Source of the DNA: Deltaproteobacteria bacterium
GTDB taxonomy: Bacteria > Desulfobacterota > Desulfobacteria > Desulfobacterales > C00003060
Assembly (NCBI GenBank): GCA_030665585.1
Contig: DAOUZN010000003.1
Span: forward strand, 1-35,215
Length of the DNA: 35,215 nucleotides
Direction: 5' to 3'
A program made the position numbers and the translations under genes. The notes under the pieces were generated by a model. That model was not told the origin of the DNA. It saw nothing but the letters and a program-made list of their open reading frames with translations, and made no database searches. This document shows positions 8,715-18,466 of the stretch, piece after piece; the stretch's first letter is position 1, and every line of letters begins with the position of its first letter.

Positions 8715-9971
8715 ATGTCGTTTGAACTCTTTGTGGGCCTTCGGTACCTTCGGGCAAAACAGAGACAGGCCTTTATTTCAATCAACGCCTTGATATCTAT
8801 GGGAGGGGTCACGCTGGGCGTCATGGCTATGATGGTCGTGCTGGCGGTCATGACGGGGTTCAGCGTGGATATCAAATCAAAAATCCTGGGGATGAATGCC
8901 CATGTCCGCGTCATGAACCGAAGTGGCAAGCTGGAAGGGTATGGAGACGTCATGAGAAAAATTGAGGCCGTGGACGGCGTAGAGGCTGCAGCCCCTTTCA
9001 TTCACAGTCAGGTCATGCTTCGCAGCGGATCTTACGTTTCGGGCGCTATCTTGAAAGGCGTTGATCCTTCGCGGGCCGGACAGGTGTTGGATTTGGAAAA
9101 GAGTATGAAGGCAGGCGACTTACAAGCATTGGCGAACGGGAACGGGCCACGGACTGAAGGAGGCAAAGCCGTGCGTCCCGGGATTATCTTGGGAAAGGAG
9201 CTTGCCAGACTGCTCATGGCGAACCCAGGGGACGAACTATACGTGATCTCACCTTCGAGCGGAAGCCTTACACCGATTGGCGGTCGCGTCCCTCATATGA
9301 AAAAATTTAGAGTCGTGGGCCTTTTTGACTCGGGCATGTATGACTACGACACGTCTTTTGCCTATGTTTGCCTTGAATCAGCGCAGCAACTGTTAAGGCT
9401 CCCACGATCAGTCAATGGCATAGAAGTCAAGGTCAATGACATCTATGGTGTTCATCACATCTCTGAGGCCATCCTGGAGACCTTGGGGCCTGGTTACTGG
9501 ACTCAGGATTGGATGCAGATGAACAAGAATTTTTTTTCGGCCTTGAAACTGGAGAAGACGGTGATGTTTATTATCCTGGTGTTGATTATTCTAGTGGCTG
9601 CTTTCAACATTATCAGCACGCTGATGATGATGGTCATGGATAAGACCAAGGAAATTGCCATCCTTAAATCTATGGGTGCCAGGGGAAAGAACATCATGAC
9701 CATCTTCATGTTGGATGGTCTGATCATAGGCTTGGTGGGGACTGTGCTTGGCTTGATTGGGGGAGGCTTGCTTTGTTGTTTGTTGACGCGCTATGAATTT
9801 GTGAAGCTTCCGAGCGATGTCTACTACATTTCTACACTCCCTGTTAGAGTTCAATTGCTGGACGTGACTCTGATAGCCCTGTCGGCCGTAGCCATCAGCT
9901 TCTTGGCTACCCTCTATCCATCGTATCAGGCATCCAAGTTGGACCCAGCTGCAGCCATCAGATATGAATAG
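8715..9971 (+). CDS. lolC: Lipoprotein-releasing ABC transporter permease (LolC/E/F type)
   Basis: RYLRAK...FIS, VLAVMTGF, GMYDYD, VAAFNIISTL, EIAILKSMGA, LPSDVYYI, DPAAAIRYE; only one permease gene, so probably homodimeric LolF type. Confidence 0.9.
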   Translation: MSFELFVGLRYLRAKQRQAFISINALISMGGVTLGVMAMMVVLAVMTGFSVDIKSKILGMNAHVRVMNRSGKLEGYGDVMRKIEAVDGVEAAAPFIHSQVMLRSGSYVSGAILKGVDPSRAGQVLDLEKSMKAGDLQALANGNGPRTEGGKAVRPGIILGKELARLLMANPGDELYVISPSSGSLTPIGGRVPHMKKFRVVGLFDSGMYDYDTSFAYVCLESAQQLLRLPRSVNGIEVKVNDIYGVHHISEAILETLGPGYWTQDWMQMNKNFFSALKLEKTVMFIILVLIILVAAFNIISTLMMMVMDKTKEIAILKSMGARGKNIMTIFMLDGLIIGLVGTVLGLIGGGLLCCLLTRYEFVKLPSDVYYISTLPVRVQLLDVTLIALSAVAISFLATLYPSYQASKLDPAAAIRYE

Positions 9972-10653
9972 CCAGCAGCCATTGATCAGTGTGAGAGGCG
10001 TCCACAAGTCCTTCGTCACCAATGGCAACCGGGTGGACGTGTTGCGAGATGTGTCTTTAGATATTCAACAAGAGGAGATGGTTGCCATTGTCGGGGCCTC
10101 AGGGGTGGGCAAGTCGACCCTTCTGCATGTGCTGGGGACCCTGGAACGCCCAGACCGGGGAGAAGTCCTTTATCGAGGCAAGAACGTTTTCAGTTATGAT
10201 GATGAAAGATTGGCCTCTTTCCGCAACCAGACGATCGGGTTTGTATTCCAGTTTCACCACCTGCTGCCGGAATTTAATGCCCTGGAAAATACCATGATGC
10301 CCGCCCTGATCAAGGGCATGAGCGCTAAAGAGGCGTCTCAGCAGGCCGAAGCCATCCTGGTGCGGGTGGGCTTGCAGGATCGCTTCAGGCATCAGGTGGG
10401 CGAACTGTCAGGGGGGGAACAACAAAGGGTGGCGGTGGCTCGGTCTTTGGTGTTGAAACCGTTCGTCCTCTTGGCAGACGAGCCCACGGGCAATCTCGAT
10501 AGGAAGACCGGCGAAACCATCCATGATCTTTTAATGTCATTGAACCGTGATGACGGTATTACCGCTGTGATCGTGACCCACAACATGAAGTTGGCTGAAA
10601 GATTGTCCCGTCAGGTGACCCTGATTGACGGGCGGGCGGTGCCGGTGAATTGA
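9964..10653 (+). CDS. lolD: Lipoprotein-releasing ABC transporter ATPase
   Basis: GASGVGKST, GFVFQFHHLL (LolD motif), LSGGEQQR, LLADEPTGNLD. Confidence 0.95.
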   Translation: MNSQQPLISVRGVHKSFVTNGNRVDVLRDVSLDIQQEEMVAIVGASGVGKSTLLHVLGTLERPDRGEVLYRGKNVFSYDDERLASFRNQTIGFVFQFHHLLPEFNALENTMMPALIKGMSAKEASQQAEAILVRVGLQDRFRHQVGELSGGEQQRVAVARSLVLKPFVLLADEPTGNLDRKTGETIHDLLMSLNRDDGITAVIVTHNMKLAERLSRQVTLIDGRAVPVN

Positions 10654-10670
10654 GTAGGGGTGAACCGCAA

Positions 10671-10778
10671 AAGCGAGCGCTTTCCCCGTAGCTTGCTGCG
10701 GGGTTAGCGAGCGTATCTAAAAAAGTCAGCGTTCCTTACGGTCGAAGATTCCCTGTAGCTTGCTACAGGGAGCTTCAA
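10671..10778. repeat. REP-like double-hairpin element
   Basis: Two related hairpins, CCCCGTAGCTTGCTGCGGGG (10684-10703) and TCCCTGTAGCTTGCTACAGGGA (10750-10771); AGCGAGCG directly repeated around the first. Confidence 0.75.
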
Positions 10779-10794
10779 TTGTCATGAGGTGTCT

Positions 10795-13440
10795 ATGTTG
10801 AGGCGATGGTTGGTCCCTTTTCTGATCTTGTTGCCGTTCCCAACCAGTCTCATCGCCCAAGAGACTGTGGAAGTGGTTGTTCTACCTTTTGAGGTCCAGG
10901 CCCCTGAAAGGGTTGAGACCTTGAAAGTCCAGATTCAAACGCTGCTTGCAAATGAACTCAAAGAGGAGGGCATCGTCGTCCTGGAATCGCCGCTGCCCCA
11001 TGAACCGCTGCTCAAGGCCGCGGAAGACACTGGCCTAAAGCATTTCCGCCGATTGGGGTCGGCTGTGGGGGCTGATTTTGTCATATGGGGAAGTCTGACC
11101 CAGGTGGGTCAACGTTACAGCCTGGATGCCAAGGTTGCAGAATCGTACGGGGAGAGGCCTCCAGAGGCCGTTTCTGCAGAAGGGGAACAGCTTGAGAACT
11201 TGCCCGATGGTGTTCGACGACTCGGGCGGGATATCAGTATGAAGATACTCAAGAGGGAACGGGTGGCGGAGGTGGTGATCACAGGGAACAAACGGATAGA
11301 AGCCGATGCCATCAAAAGGATCATCAAGACAAAGAAGGGTGACACCTATTCAGCCAAGTCCATCCAGGATGATGTGAAGTCCATCCATAAGATGGGCTAT
11401 TTTGACGACGTCCGCGTGGAGGCTGTCAGCACCCCTGAAGGAAAGGTGGTCACTTTTCGGGTGGCGGAGCTAGACACGATTCGAAACATCAGGTTCAGGG
11501 GCAACAAAAAGTTTGATGATGAGAAGCTCCAAGAAATGGTTCATATCAGACGGGGATCGGTCTTGAACGTCAACACGCTGCGTGGGGACCTGAAGGAGAT
11601 TGAGAAGCTTTACAAACAAAAGGGATACCATCATGTTGAAGTGACCTACGAGATCAAGCCTGTGGAAGAGAATCATGCTGATGTTGATTTTGTCATCGAA
11701 GAGGGTGACAAGGTTTTTGTCAAGGCCATTTCTTTTGAAGGGAACAGGGCCTATGATGACGACACGTTGAAGGACCTGATGAAGACGGAGGAGAAGGGGT
11801 TCTTGTCATGGTTGACGTCATCAGGGAATTTGGATCGCGAGGTCTTGGATCAAGATATATCTAAGATAGCTGCATACTACCACAATCACGGATATATTCA
11901 GGCCAAGGTTGCTGAGCCACAGATCACCTATGAGGGAGAGCGGATTCATATTGCCATCAAGGTAGAAGAGGGTCCCCAGTTCAAGGTGGGCAAAGTTGAT
12001 TTGGAAGGAGATCTGATTCACCCAAAGGAGGTATTGCTAAAGATGGGGATAAGGATTAACAAGGAAGAGGTCTACAACCGGGAGGTGATCAGAGAAGATA
12101 TCTTGGCTCTGGGGGACGTATACTCCGCTTCGGGTTACGCTTACCCAGACATCTCGCCGCGCATCGATCAGGACCTTAAGGCGTTTAAGGCCGATGTGAC
12201 CTATGTCATCCACAAGGGGCCCCTCGTTTATTTTGAAAAGATTATCATAGCCGGCAACACCAAGACCCGGGACAAGGTCATTCGAAGAGAGCTCGCCGTG
12301 CATGAGCAGGAACTCTTTAGCGGGAAGCGTTTGAAGAGGGGGGCACGAAACCTCTATCGCCTTGATTTTTTTGAAGACGTCAAGATAAACAATACTAAGG
12401 GGAGCGCCGATGACAAAATGATTCTCAAGATCGATGTCACGGAAAAACCAACCGGCGCATTCAGCTTTGGCGGTGGCTACAGTTCTGTGGACGACGCGTT
12501 CGGCATGGCTTCCATTTCACAGAGAAACTTTCTGGGAAAAGGGCAGACCTTAAACCTCAGGGCTCAGGTGGGCGGGAGGACTACCACTTACACATTCAGC
12601 TTCACTGAACCATGGGTTTTTGATACGCGGCTTACAGGCGGCTTTGATCTTTACAATTGGAACCGGGACTATGATACCTATGACAAGGAGAGCGTGGGGG
12701 GAACCCTTCGAGGTAGCTATCCGATTTTTGATTATACCCGGCTTTCTTTGTCTTATAACTATGATGAGAGTGACATCACAAATCTTTCGTATGATGCCTC
12801 CTCGGCGATCCGGGACCTCGAGGGGAGCAACGTGGCCAACACGGTGACAAGCATTGTGCGACGAGATTCGAGGGACCGGGTTTTCCAGACTACACGAGGC
12901 TCGGATAACAGCATCACGGTGGAGCACGCAGGGACGCCTTTTGGTGGAGATATTGGGTTTACCAAGTATGTTGGGGATTCTGGATGGTATTTCCCCCTTT
13001 TCTGGGGTACGGTTGGCATGTTACATGGCCGCGTTGGCTTTATCCATGGAGACCCCGTTGGCGATGAGCCTGTGTGGGAACGTTTTTACTTGGGTGGCAT
13101 GGGCTCGGTGCGGGGTTATGAATGGCGAGACATCAGTCCCAGGGACCCGGAAACAGGGGATGAGATAGGCGGGAACAAGATGTTACAGTTTAATGTCGAA
13201 TTTCTGTTTCCCATCATAAAAAAGGCAGGACTGCAGGGTGTTCTTTTCTACGATACAGGAAACGCCTATGACAATGGAGAAGACTTAGAGCTCGGGGTGC
13301 TAAGAAGGAGCGCAGGCTATGGTGTCCGATGGTATTCACCGATGGGGCCTATCCGTATGGAGTACGGCTACATTTTGGATGATGAACAGGGTCAGAAAGG
13401 TGAAGGGGGCTGGGAGTTTACCATGGGGTCAGCGTTTTGA
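10795..13440 (+). CDS. bamA: Outer membrane protein assembly factor BamA with an extra N-terminal domain
   Basis: Signal peptide, POTRA repeats (ITGNKRI, FRGNKKF, FEGNRAY, IAGNTKTRDKVIRRE), SVRGY loop-6 motif, C-terminal WEFTMGSAF; ATG 10795 with RBS GAGGTG. Confidence 0.96.
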   Translation: MLRRWLVPFLILLPFPTSLIAQETVEVVVLPFEVQAPERVETLKVQIQTLLANELKEEGIVVLESPLPHEPLLKAAEDTGLKHFRRLGSAVGADFVIWGSLTQVGQRYSLDAKVAESYGERPPEAVSAEGEQLENLPDGVRRLGRDISMKILKRERVAEVVITGNKRIEADAIKRIIKTKKGDTYSAKSIQDDVKSIHKMGYFDDVRVEAVSTPEGKVVTFRVAELDTIRNIRFRGNKKFDDEKLQEMVHIRRGSVLNVNTLRGDLKEIEKLYKQKGYHHVEVTYEIKPVEENHADVDFVIEEGDKVFVKAISFEGNRAYDDDTLKDLMKTEEKGFLSWLTSSGNLDREVLDQDISKIAAYYHNHGYIQAKVAEPQITYEGERIHIAIKVEEGPQFKVGKVDLEGDLIHPKEVLLKMGIRINKEEVYNREVIREDILALGDVYSASGYAYPDISPRIDQDLKAFKADVTYVIHKGPLVYFEKIIIAGNTKTRDKVIRRELAVHEQELFSGKRLKRGARNLYRLDFFEDVKINNTKGSADDKMILKIDVTEKPTGAFSFGGGYSSVDDAFGMASISQRNFLGKGQTLNLRAQVGGRTTTYTFSFTEPWVFDTRLTGGFDLYNWNRDYDTYDKESVGGTLRGSYPIFDYTRLSLSYNYDESDITNLSYDASSAIRDLEGSNVANTVTSIVRRDSRDRVFQTTRGSDNSITVEHAGTPFGGDIGFTKYVGDSGWYFPLFWGTVGMLHGRVGFIHGDPVGDEPVWERFYLGGMGSVRGYEWRDISPRDPETGDEIGGNKMLQFNVEFLFPIIKKAGLQGVLFYDTGNAYDNGEDLELGVLRRSAGYGVRWYSPMGPIRMEYGYILDDEQGQKGEGGWEFTMGSAF

Positions 13441-13483
13441 GTTAGTGGTCCGTGAGACATGACAAAAAAAAGGAGGTTTTTTC

Positions 13484-14056
13484 ATGAAGATGCGTCGTAT
13501 GTTTTTGACCTTTACCCTTTGTCTGTTTGGTTTAAGCGGCGTTGTTTACGGGGCGGAGGTGGCGAAGATAGGAATTATCGATTTCCAGCGCGTGATCGAC
13601 ACGTCAAACCCCGGCAAGCGGTCTGCTGTTGAGATCAAGAGTCAAGGCAAGAAGATGGAAGAGACCCTGAAAAAGAAAGAAGCCGAGGTTCAAGAGCTAA
13701 AGAAGAGCCTGGAGCAGAAGGCCCTCGTCATGAGCAAAGAGGCCCGTGAGGAAAAGGAGCGGGAACTGCGGATCAGGGCCAACGATTTTCAATCTCTCAG
13801 AAAACGGTACCTGGACGCCTTAAAGGAGGTAAACCTTAAACTTTCCAATAGGATCAAGAAAGATGTTTTTGGAATCGTTGAAGAGATGGGAAAGGATGGG
13901 GGCTACTTACTCATCCTTGAACGCCGGGTGGGGGGTGTGGTCTATGCCCCCAATGCGATTGACATGACGGACAAGGTGATAGAAGCGTATAATGCCCTGG
14001 ATGCGAAACGTCTCAAGAAGGAGGCGTCAAAGTCAGGATCGAAGAACAAGCCATAG
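13484..14056 (+). CDS. skp: Periplasmic chaperone Skp/OmpH
   Basis: Signal peptide, KIGIIDFQRVI, long coiled coil, DMTDKVI; canonical position between bamA and lpxD; RBS AGGAGG. Confidence 0.92.
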   Translation: MKMRRMFLTFTLCLFGLSGVVYGAEVAKIGIIDFQRVIDTSNPGKRSAVEIKSQGKKMEETLKKKEAEVQELKKSLEQKALVMSKEAREEKERELRIRANDFQSLRKRYLDALKEVNLKLSNRIKKDVFGIVEEMGKDGGYLLILERRVGGVVYAPNAIDMTDKVIEAYNALDAKRLKKEASKSGSKNKP

Positions 14057-14117
14057 GGGGAACCGTGAAGGCGAATGGGGGATCAATCTGCAAGTGACGA
14101 ATGACGAATAAGGAAGC

Positions 14118-15140
14118 ATGGAACTGCCTATACATAAAATTGCAGCACTTGTTGATGGCGAGGTCGTGGGAGATGTCGATCGCGTCATTCGGGGTGTTGC
14201 TGGATTTGATGAGGCCGGCCCCGATGACATCACCTTTGCCACATCTCCAGAGTATAGGCAACGGATTGATGAGACCGGTGCCGCGGCAGTCATAGTCCCG
14301 TTTGAGGTTCGCCAATCCGAGAAGATCCTTGTGCGGGTTGAGAATCCCTATTTGGCCTTGGCAAAGGTGTCCAGCTTGTTCCATGGCGTTTTCCAGCCCG
14401 GGGCTGGTATCAGCCAACAGGCCTGGGTGGGCGACAACTTCAGGGGCGGCAAAGCCATCTCCGTATATCCGGGCGTGTTTATTGGAGACGACGTGACGCT
14501 GGGTGACCGTGTGACCTTGCATCCCGGCGTCGTGGTTGGTGAGGGCGTTGAGATGGGAGATGATGTCACGGTGCATCCCAACGCATCCGTTCTGGAACGT
14601 TGCCGAATCGGAAGCAGGGTTTTGATCCATGCGGGTTCTGTGATCGGCAGCGATGGCTTTGGCTTCGCGTCGGATGGAAATCAGTACCACAAGATTCCCC
14701 AGATCGGTATCGTCCAGATCGATGATGATGTGGAGATCGGGGCTTGTAACACGATCGACCGGGCCACGTTTGGACGAACCTGGATCAAGCGGGGTGTGAA
14801 GACAGATAATCTGGTTCACATTGCGCACAATGTGGTCGTGGGCGAGGATACGGTCCTTGTTGCCCAAGTAGGCATATCAGGCAGCGTGACGATTGGAAAC
14901 CGTGCCATCTTGGCGGGCCAGGCAGGGGTGGCACAACATGTCACCATTGGTCACCGTGTCACGGTCGGAGGCCAATCAGGGATTGTCAAGTCCATACCCG
15001 AGGGTCAGATTGTTTCCGGCTGTCCGGCCATGCCCCATCGGCTGTGGTTGAAAGCCTCGAATATCATACCCAAACTCCCGGATATGAAAAAGAAGCTGAA
15101 CGAGTTAGAGAGGCGAATTGAGAAACTGGAGAAGGCATAG
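14118..15140 (+). CDS. lpxD: UDP-3-O-(3-hydroxyacyl)glucosamine N-acyltransferase
   Basis: Hexapeptide repeats, GSDGFGF, KIPQIG, IDRATFG, DNLVHIAHN, C-terminal helix. Confidence 0.96.
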   Translation: MELPIHKIAALVDGEVVGDVDRVIRGVAGFDEAGPDDITFATSPEYRQRIDETGAAAVIVPFEVRQSEKILVRVENPYLALAKVSSLFHGVFQPGAGISQQAWVGDNFRGGKAISVYPGVFIGDDVTLGDRVTLHPGVVVGEGVEMGDDVTVHPNASVLERCRIGSRVLIHAGSVIGSDGFGFASDGNQYHKIPQIGIVQIDDDVEIGACNTIDRATFGRTWIKRGVKTDNLVHIAHNVVVGEDTVLVAQVGISGSVTIGNRAILAGQAGVAQHVTIGHRVTVGGQSGIVKSIPEGQIVSGCPAMPHRLWLKASNIIPKLPDMKKKLNELERRIEKLEKA

Positions 15141-15164
15141 AAAGTTGTTTGAGAGGAATGAGAC

Positions 15165-15611
15165 GTGGAAGTAGTATATGACATTCGAAAGATCATGGCG
15201 TTCTTGCCTCATCGGTATCCCTTTATTTTGGTTGATCGGATTGTGGAAATCGTACCCCATAAACGTATCGTCGGCCTCAAGAATGTGACCATGAATGAGC
15301 CGTTTTTCCAGGGACACTTCCCAGGAACGCCCGTCATGCCAGGGGTGCTGATTGTTGAAGCCATGGCCCAGGCAGGAGGTATCCTCGTTAATGTTTCTCG
15401 TTCGGAGGAGCAGCCGACAGAACTGATCTATTTCATGGGTATTGATAAGGCCCGTTTCAGAAAGCCTGTGATTCCAGGAGACCAACTCGTCCTTGATATA
15501 CTCTGGACTAAAAGGCGCGCAAACGTTTCCAAGATGAGCGGCAAGGCAACCGTGGATGGGACGCTGGTTGCGGAGGCTGAGGTCATGGCTATGACGGGAG
15601 AAAAGCCATGA
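15165..15611 (+). CDS. fabZ: 3-hydroxyacyl-ACP dehydratase
   Basis: [36 protein letters not shown]. Confidence 0.97.
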   Translation: MEVVYDIRKIMAFLPHRYPFILVDRIVEIVPHKRIVGLKNVTMNEPFFQGHFPGTPVMPGVLIVEAMAQAGGILVNVSRSEEQPTELIYFMGIDKARFRKPVIPGDQLVLDILWTKRRANVSKMSGKATVDGTLVAEAEVMAMTGEKP

Positions 15612-16381
15612 TACATCCCACGGCTGTGGTCGATTCCAGGGCTAAGATAGATTCTGATGTTGAAATCGGACCCTACGCTGTCATAGCCCGTGACGTCCAG
15701 ATACACGCCGGCACCATCATTGGTTCTCATGTGACCATTGACCAGGATACGACTATCGGTTCGGATTGTAAGATATTTCAGCATGCAGCCATAGGCGCCG
15801 TGCCTCAGGCTCTGAAATATCAAGGGGAAAGGACCTTCTTAAGGATCGGTCGTGGGACGACCATTCGAGAATTTGTGACGATTCACCGCGGAACCGCATT
15901 CGGCGGGGGGATGACCGAAATTGGAGAAGAGAATTTTCTGATGGCTTATACCCACATCGCCCATGATTGCTTTACGGGCCGAAAGGTGATCTTTGCCAAT
16001 GCGGCGAGCCTCGGTGGCCACATTAGGGTGGGAGATTGTGCGACGCTAGGTGCCTTTGTGGCGGTCCACCAATTTGTGCGAGTAGGAAATTATGCCTTTG
16101 TGGGAGCCATGAGCGGGGTGTCAAAAGACATTCCGCCCTACGTGCTTGCCTCGGGCTCACCCCGGGCAAAGCTTTACGGGCTGAACGTCATAGGGTTAAA
16201 GCGGCATGATTTTGTAAGGGAGACGATTGTTGCCCTCAAGAGGGCCTATCGTATCCTGTTTCGCTTTGGGTTGACCTTAAACGAAGCCATTGAAAGGGTC
16301 ACGGCGGAGGTGGATCAACTCCCAGAGATCGCTAATCTTCTGGCGTTTATCAAGTCCTCTGAGCGGGGGGTGACCAGATAG
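15608..16381 (+). CDS. lpxA: Acyl-ACP--UDP-N-acetylglucosamine O-acyltransferase
   Basis: IHPTAVV, PQALKY, IREFVTIHRGT, HIAHDC (catalytic His), HQF, DIPPY, GLN.IGLKR; 4-nt overlap with fabZ. Confidence 0.96.
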   Translation: MIHPTAVVDSRAKIDSDVEIGPYAVIARDVQIHAGTIIGSHVTIDQDTTIGSDCKIFQHAAIGAVPQALKYQGERTFLRIGRGTTIREFVTIHRGTAFGGGMTEIGEENFLMAYTHIAHDCFTGRKVIFANAASLGGHIRVGDCATLGAFVAVHQFVRVGNYAFVGAMSGVSKDIPPYVLASGSPRAKLYGLNVIGLKRHDFVRETIVALKRAYRILFRFGLTLNEAIERVTAEVDQLPEIANLLAFIKSSERGVTR

Positions 16382-16418
16382 TCCCTCATCCCTGACCACC
16401 GTCTACTGACGAGTGACC

Positions 16419-17222
16419 ATGATCGAACGGATTGGACTCATTGCAGGGAGCGGGCAGTTCCCCATCATTTTTTCAAGGGCGGCAGCGAGAAAAGGCCTGA
16501 GGGTCTATGTGGTGGCCCATGAGGGAGAAACAGAGGCTCGTTTGGAAACCCTTGTGGAGGCGACAAAGTGGATCAAGCTCGGTCAACTGAAGCAACTCAT
16601 TGCATTCTTTAGGCACCATGGCGTGAAGGATGCCGTGATGGCGGGGGCCGTAACCAAGACCAAGATGTTTGCCGACGTGAGGCCGGATCTTAAGGCCCTG
16701 AAGGTCCTGGCCACGATGGACCACACGCAGGATGACGGTCTTTTGCGCGCGTTTGCAGGGGAGCTGGAAAAAGAAGGCATCACGATTCATGCCCCAACCT
16801 TTTTGGTGCCGGGCCTGTTGGCTTCGCAAGGATGCTGGACACGGCGCAGACCCTCCGTGTCGGAAATGGCTGATGTTCACTTCGGATGGCGCATCGTCAA
16901 GGAGATCGGAAAGCTCGATATTGGCCAGGCCGTCGTCGTTCGCAACGGGTCGGTGATGGCGGTGGAGGCGATTGATGGCACGGACGCCACCATCCGGCGG
17001 GGCGGAAAGCTCGGCAAGGAAAAAACGGTCGTTGTGAAGGCAAGCAAGCCCGGCCAGGACATGCGATTTGACATGCCGGCCGTCGGTGTTAAAACCATTG
17101 AGATCATGCGCGATGTTGGCGCCTCGGTCGTGGCTGTTGAGGCAGGCAAGACGTTGGCCTTTGACAAGGAAGAGATGGTCGCCCTTGCCGATGAGCATGG
17201 CATTGCCATCATAGGACTATAA
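16419..17222 (+). CDS. lpxI: UDP-2,3-diacylglucosamine diphosphatase LpxI
   Basis: IGLIAGSGQFP, DIGQAVVV, AVEAIDGTD, KPGQDMRFDMPAVG; lies after lpxA. Confidence 0.93.
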   Translation: MIERIGLIAGSGQFPIIFSRAAARKGLRVYVVAHEGETEARLETLVEATKWIKLGQLKQLIAFFRHHGVKDAVMAGAVTKTKMFADVRPDLKALKVLATMDHTQDDGLLRAFAGELEKEGITIHAPTFLVPGLLASQGCWTRRRPSVSEMADVHFGWRIVKEIGKLDIGQAVVVRNGSVMAVEAIDGTDATIRRGGKLGKEKTVVVKASKPGQDMRFDMPAVGVKTIEIMRDVGASVVAVEAGKTLAFDKEEMVALADEHGIAIIGL

Positions 17223-17234
17223 TCTGGGCGAGCT

Positions 17235-18209
17235 ATGAAACCATTACGTGTCGGAGTCATAGGGGTTGGATATCTCGGAAAGTTTCATGCCGAGAAATAT
17301 GCCCGCATGAAGGGCGTTGAGCTCGTGGGCGCGGTGGACGTCGTCGCTGAAAGGGCAGAACGTGTTGGAAAACGATTGGGGACCGAATCGTTTACCGATT
17401 ACAGGGATCTCATCGATCAAGTCGATGCCGTAAGCGTGGTTGTGCCCACGCCCCTTCATTTTCCCATTAGCCGTGATTTCTTGGAACATGGTGTCGACGT
17501 ATTGATCGAAAAGCCCATAGCACAGACGCTTGAAGAGGCGGAGGTCCTCATAGAGGTTGCTGCTTCCCGTGGCTTGGTGATCCAAGTGGGCCACCTGGAG
17601 CGATTCAATCCTGCTGTTGTCGCCCTGACCAACGTGATAGACCGACCCTTGTTTATAGAGTCTCACCGCTTGAGTGTTTTTAAGGAACGGGGGACCGAAG
17701 TAGACGTGGTTCTGGATCTCATGATTCATGACATTGATATCATATTAAGCCTTGTGAAGTCCCAACTGCAGCACATTCACGCAGCCGGGGTTCCGGTCAT
17801 ATCTTCACGTGTGGACATCGCCAACGCACGCTTGACGTTTGAAAACGGTTGTGTCGCCAATGTGACTGCCAGCCGTATTTCACTGAAGAATATGCGCAAG
17901 ATACGCATCTTTCAGAAGGACACATACGTTTCCGTAGATTATTCAAACCGCGACATTACCATCATCCGCAAAGATGGCCAGGGAATCGACCTTCCCATCC
18001 CGGGGATGTCCATGGAACGATCAATCTTTGAAAAAGCCGATGCCCTAGAGGCCGAGATCGGGTCATTTGTGGACGCGGTGAGGACTCGGCAGGCTCCATT
18101 GGTCTCAGGGCACGATGGGCGAAACGCTCTTGGTGTTGCCTTGGATATCATTGATCAGATTGAGGCAAGCAGGAAGAAGGTTCTGACGGAAGAGAGCCTG
18201 TTGAGCTAG
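17235..18209 (+). CDS. gnnA: Gfo/Idh/MocA oxidoreductase, GnnA-like (UDP-GlcNAc 3-dehydrogenase)
   Basis: GVIGVGYLG, VPTPLH, LIEKP, QVGHLERFNP, DLMIHDID; position between lpxA/lpxI and lpxB matches gnnA. Confidence 0.75.
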   Translation: MKPLRVGVIGVGYLGKFHAEKYARMKGVELVGAVDVVAERAERVGKRLGTESFTDYRDLIDQVDAVSVVVPTPLHFPISRDFLEHGVDVLIEKPIAQTLEEAEVLIEVAASRGLVIQVGHLERFNPAVVALTNVIDRPLFIESHRLSVFKERGTEVDVVLDLMIHDIDIILSLVKSQLQHIHAAGVPVISSRVDIANARLTFENGCVANVTASRISLKNMRKIRIFQKDTYVSVDYSNRDITIIRKDGQGIDLPIPGMSMERSIFEKADALEAEIGSFVDAVRTRQAPLVSGHDGRNALGVALDIIDQIEASRKKVLTEESLLS

Positions 18210-18466
18210 TGCCGTGCGTGCCTCGTCTGTGGGTTGGGTCCTTTGTCAAGAATCTTTGCCGCAGACCGAACCTCGAAACAAGCCCCGAAACGACAACGAT
18301 TTCACGATACTGTTGCAGGTTCCAAGTTGGCTGCTCCCAGGGTTGGACGCACCCGAATGAATGCATTGAGACCTTTGAAAAACTGCTTCGCACTTATTCC
18401 TACGAACTTTTTGACCCATCTGCGGGCAGCCTTGGGCTCTTTACGGCCGGGCGAATCTACGGTTAG

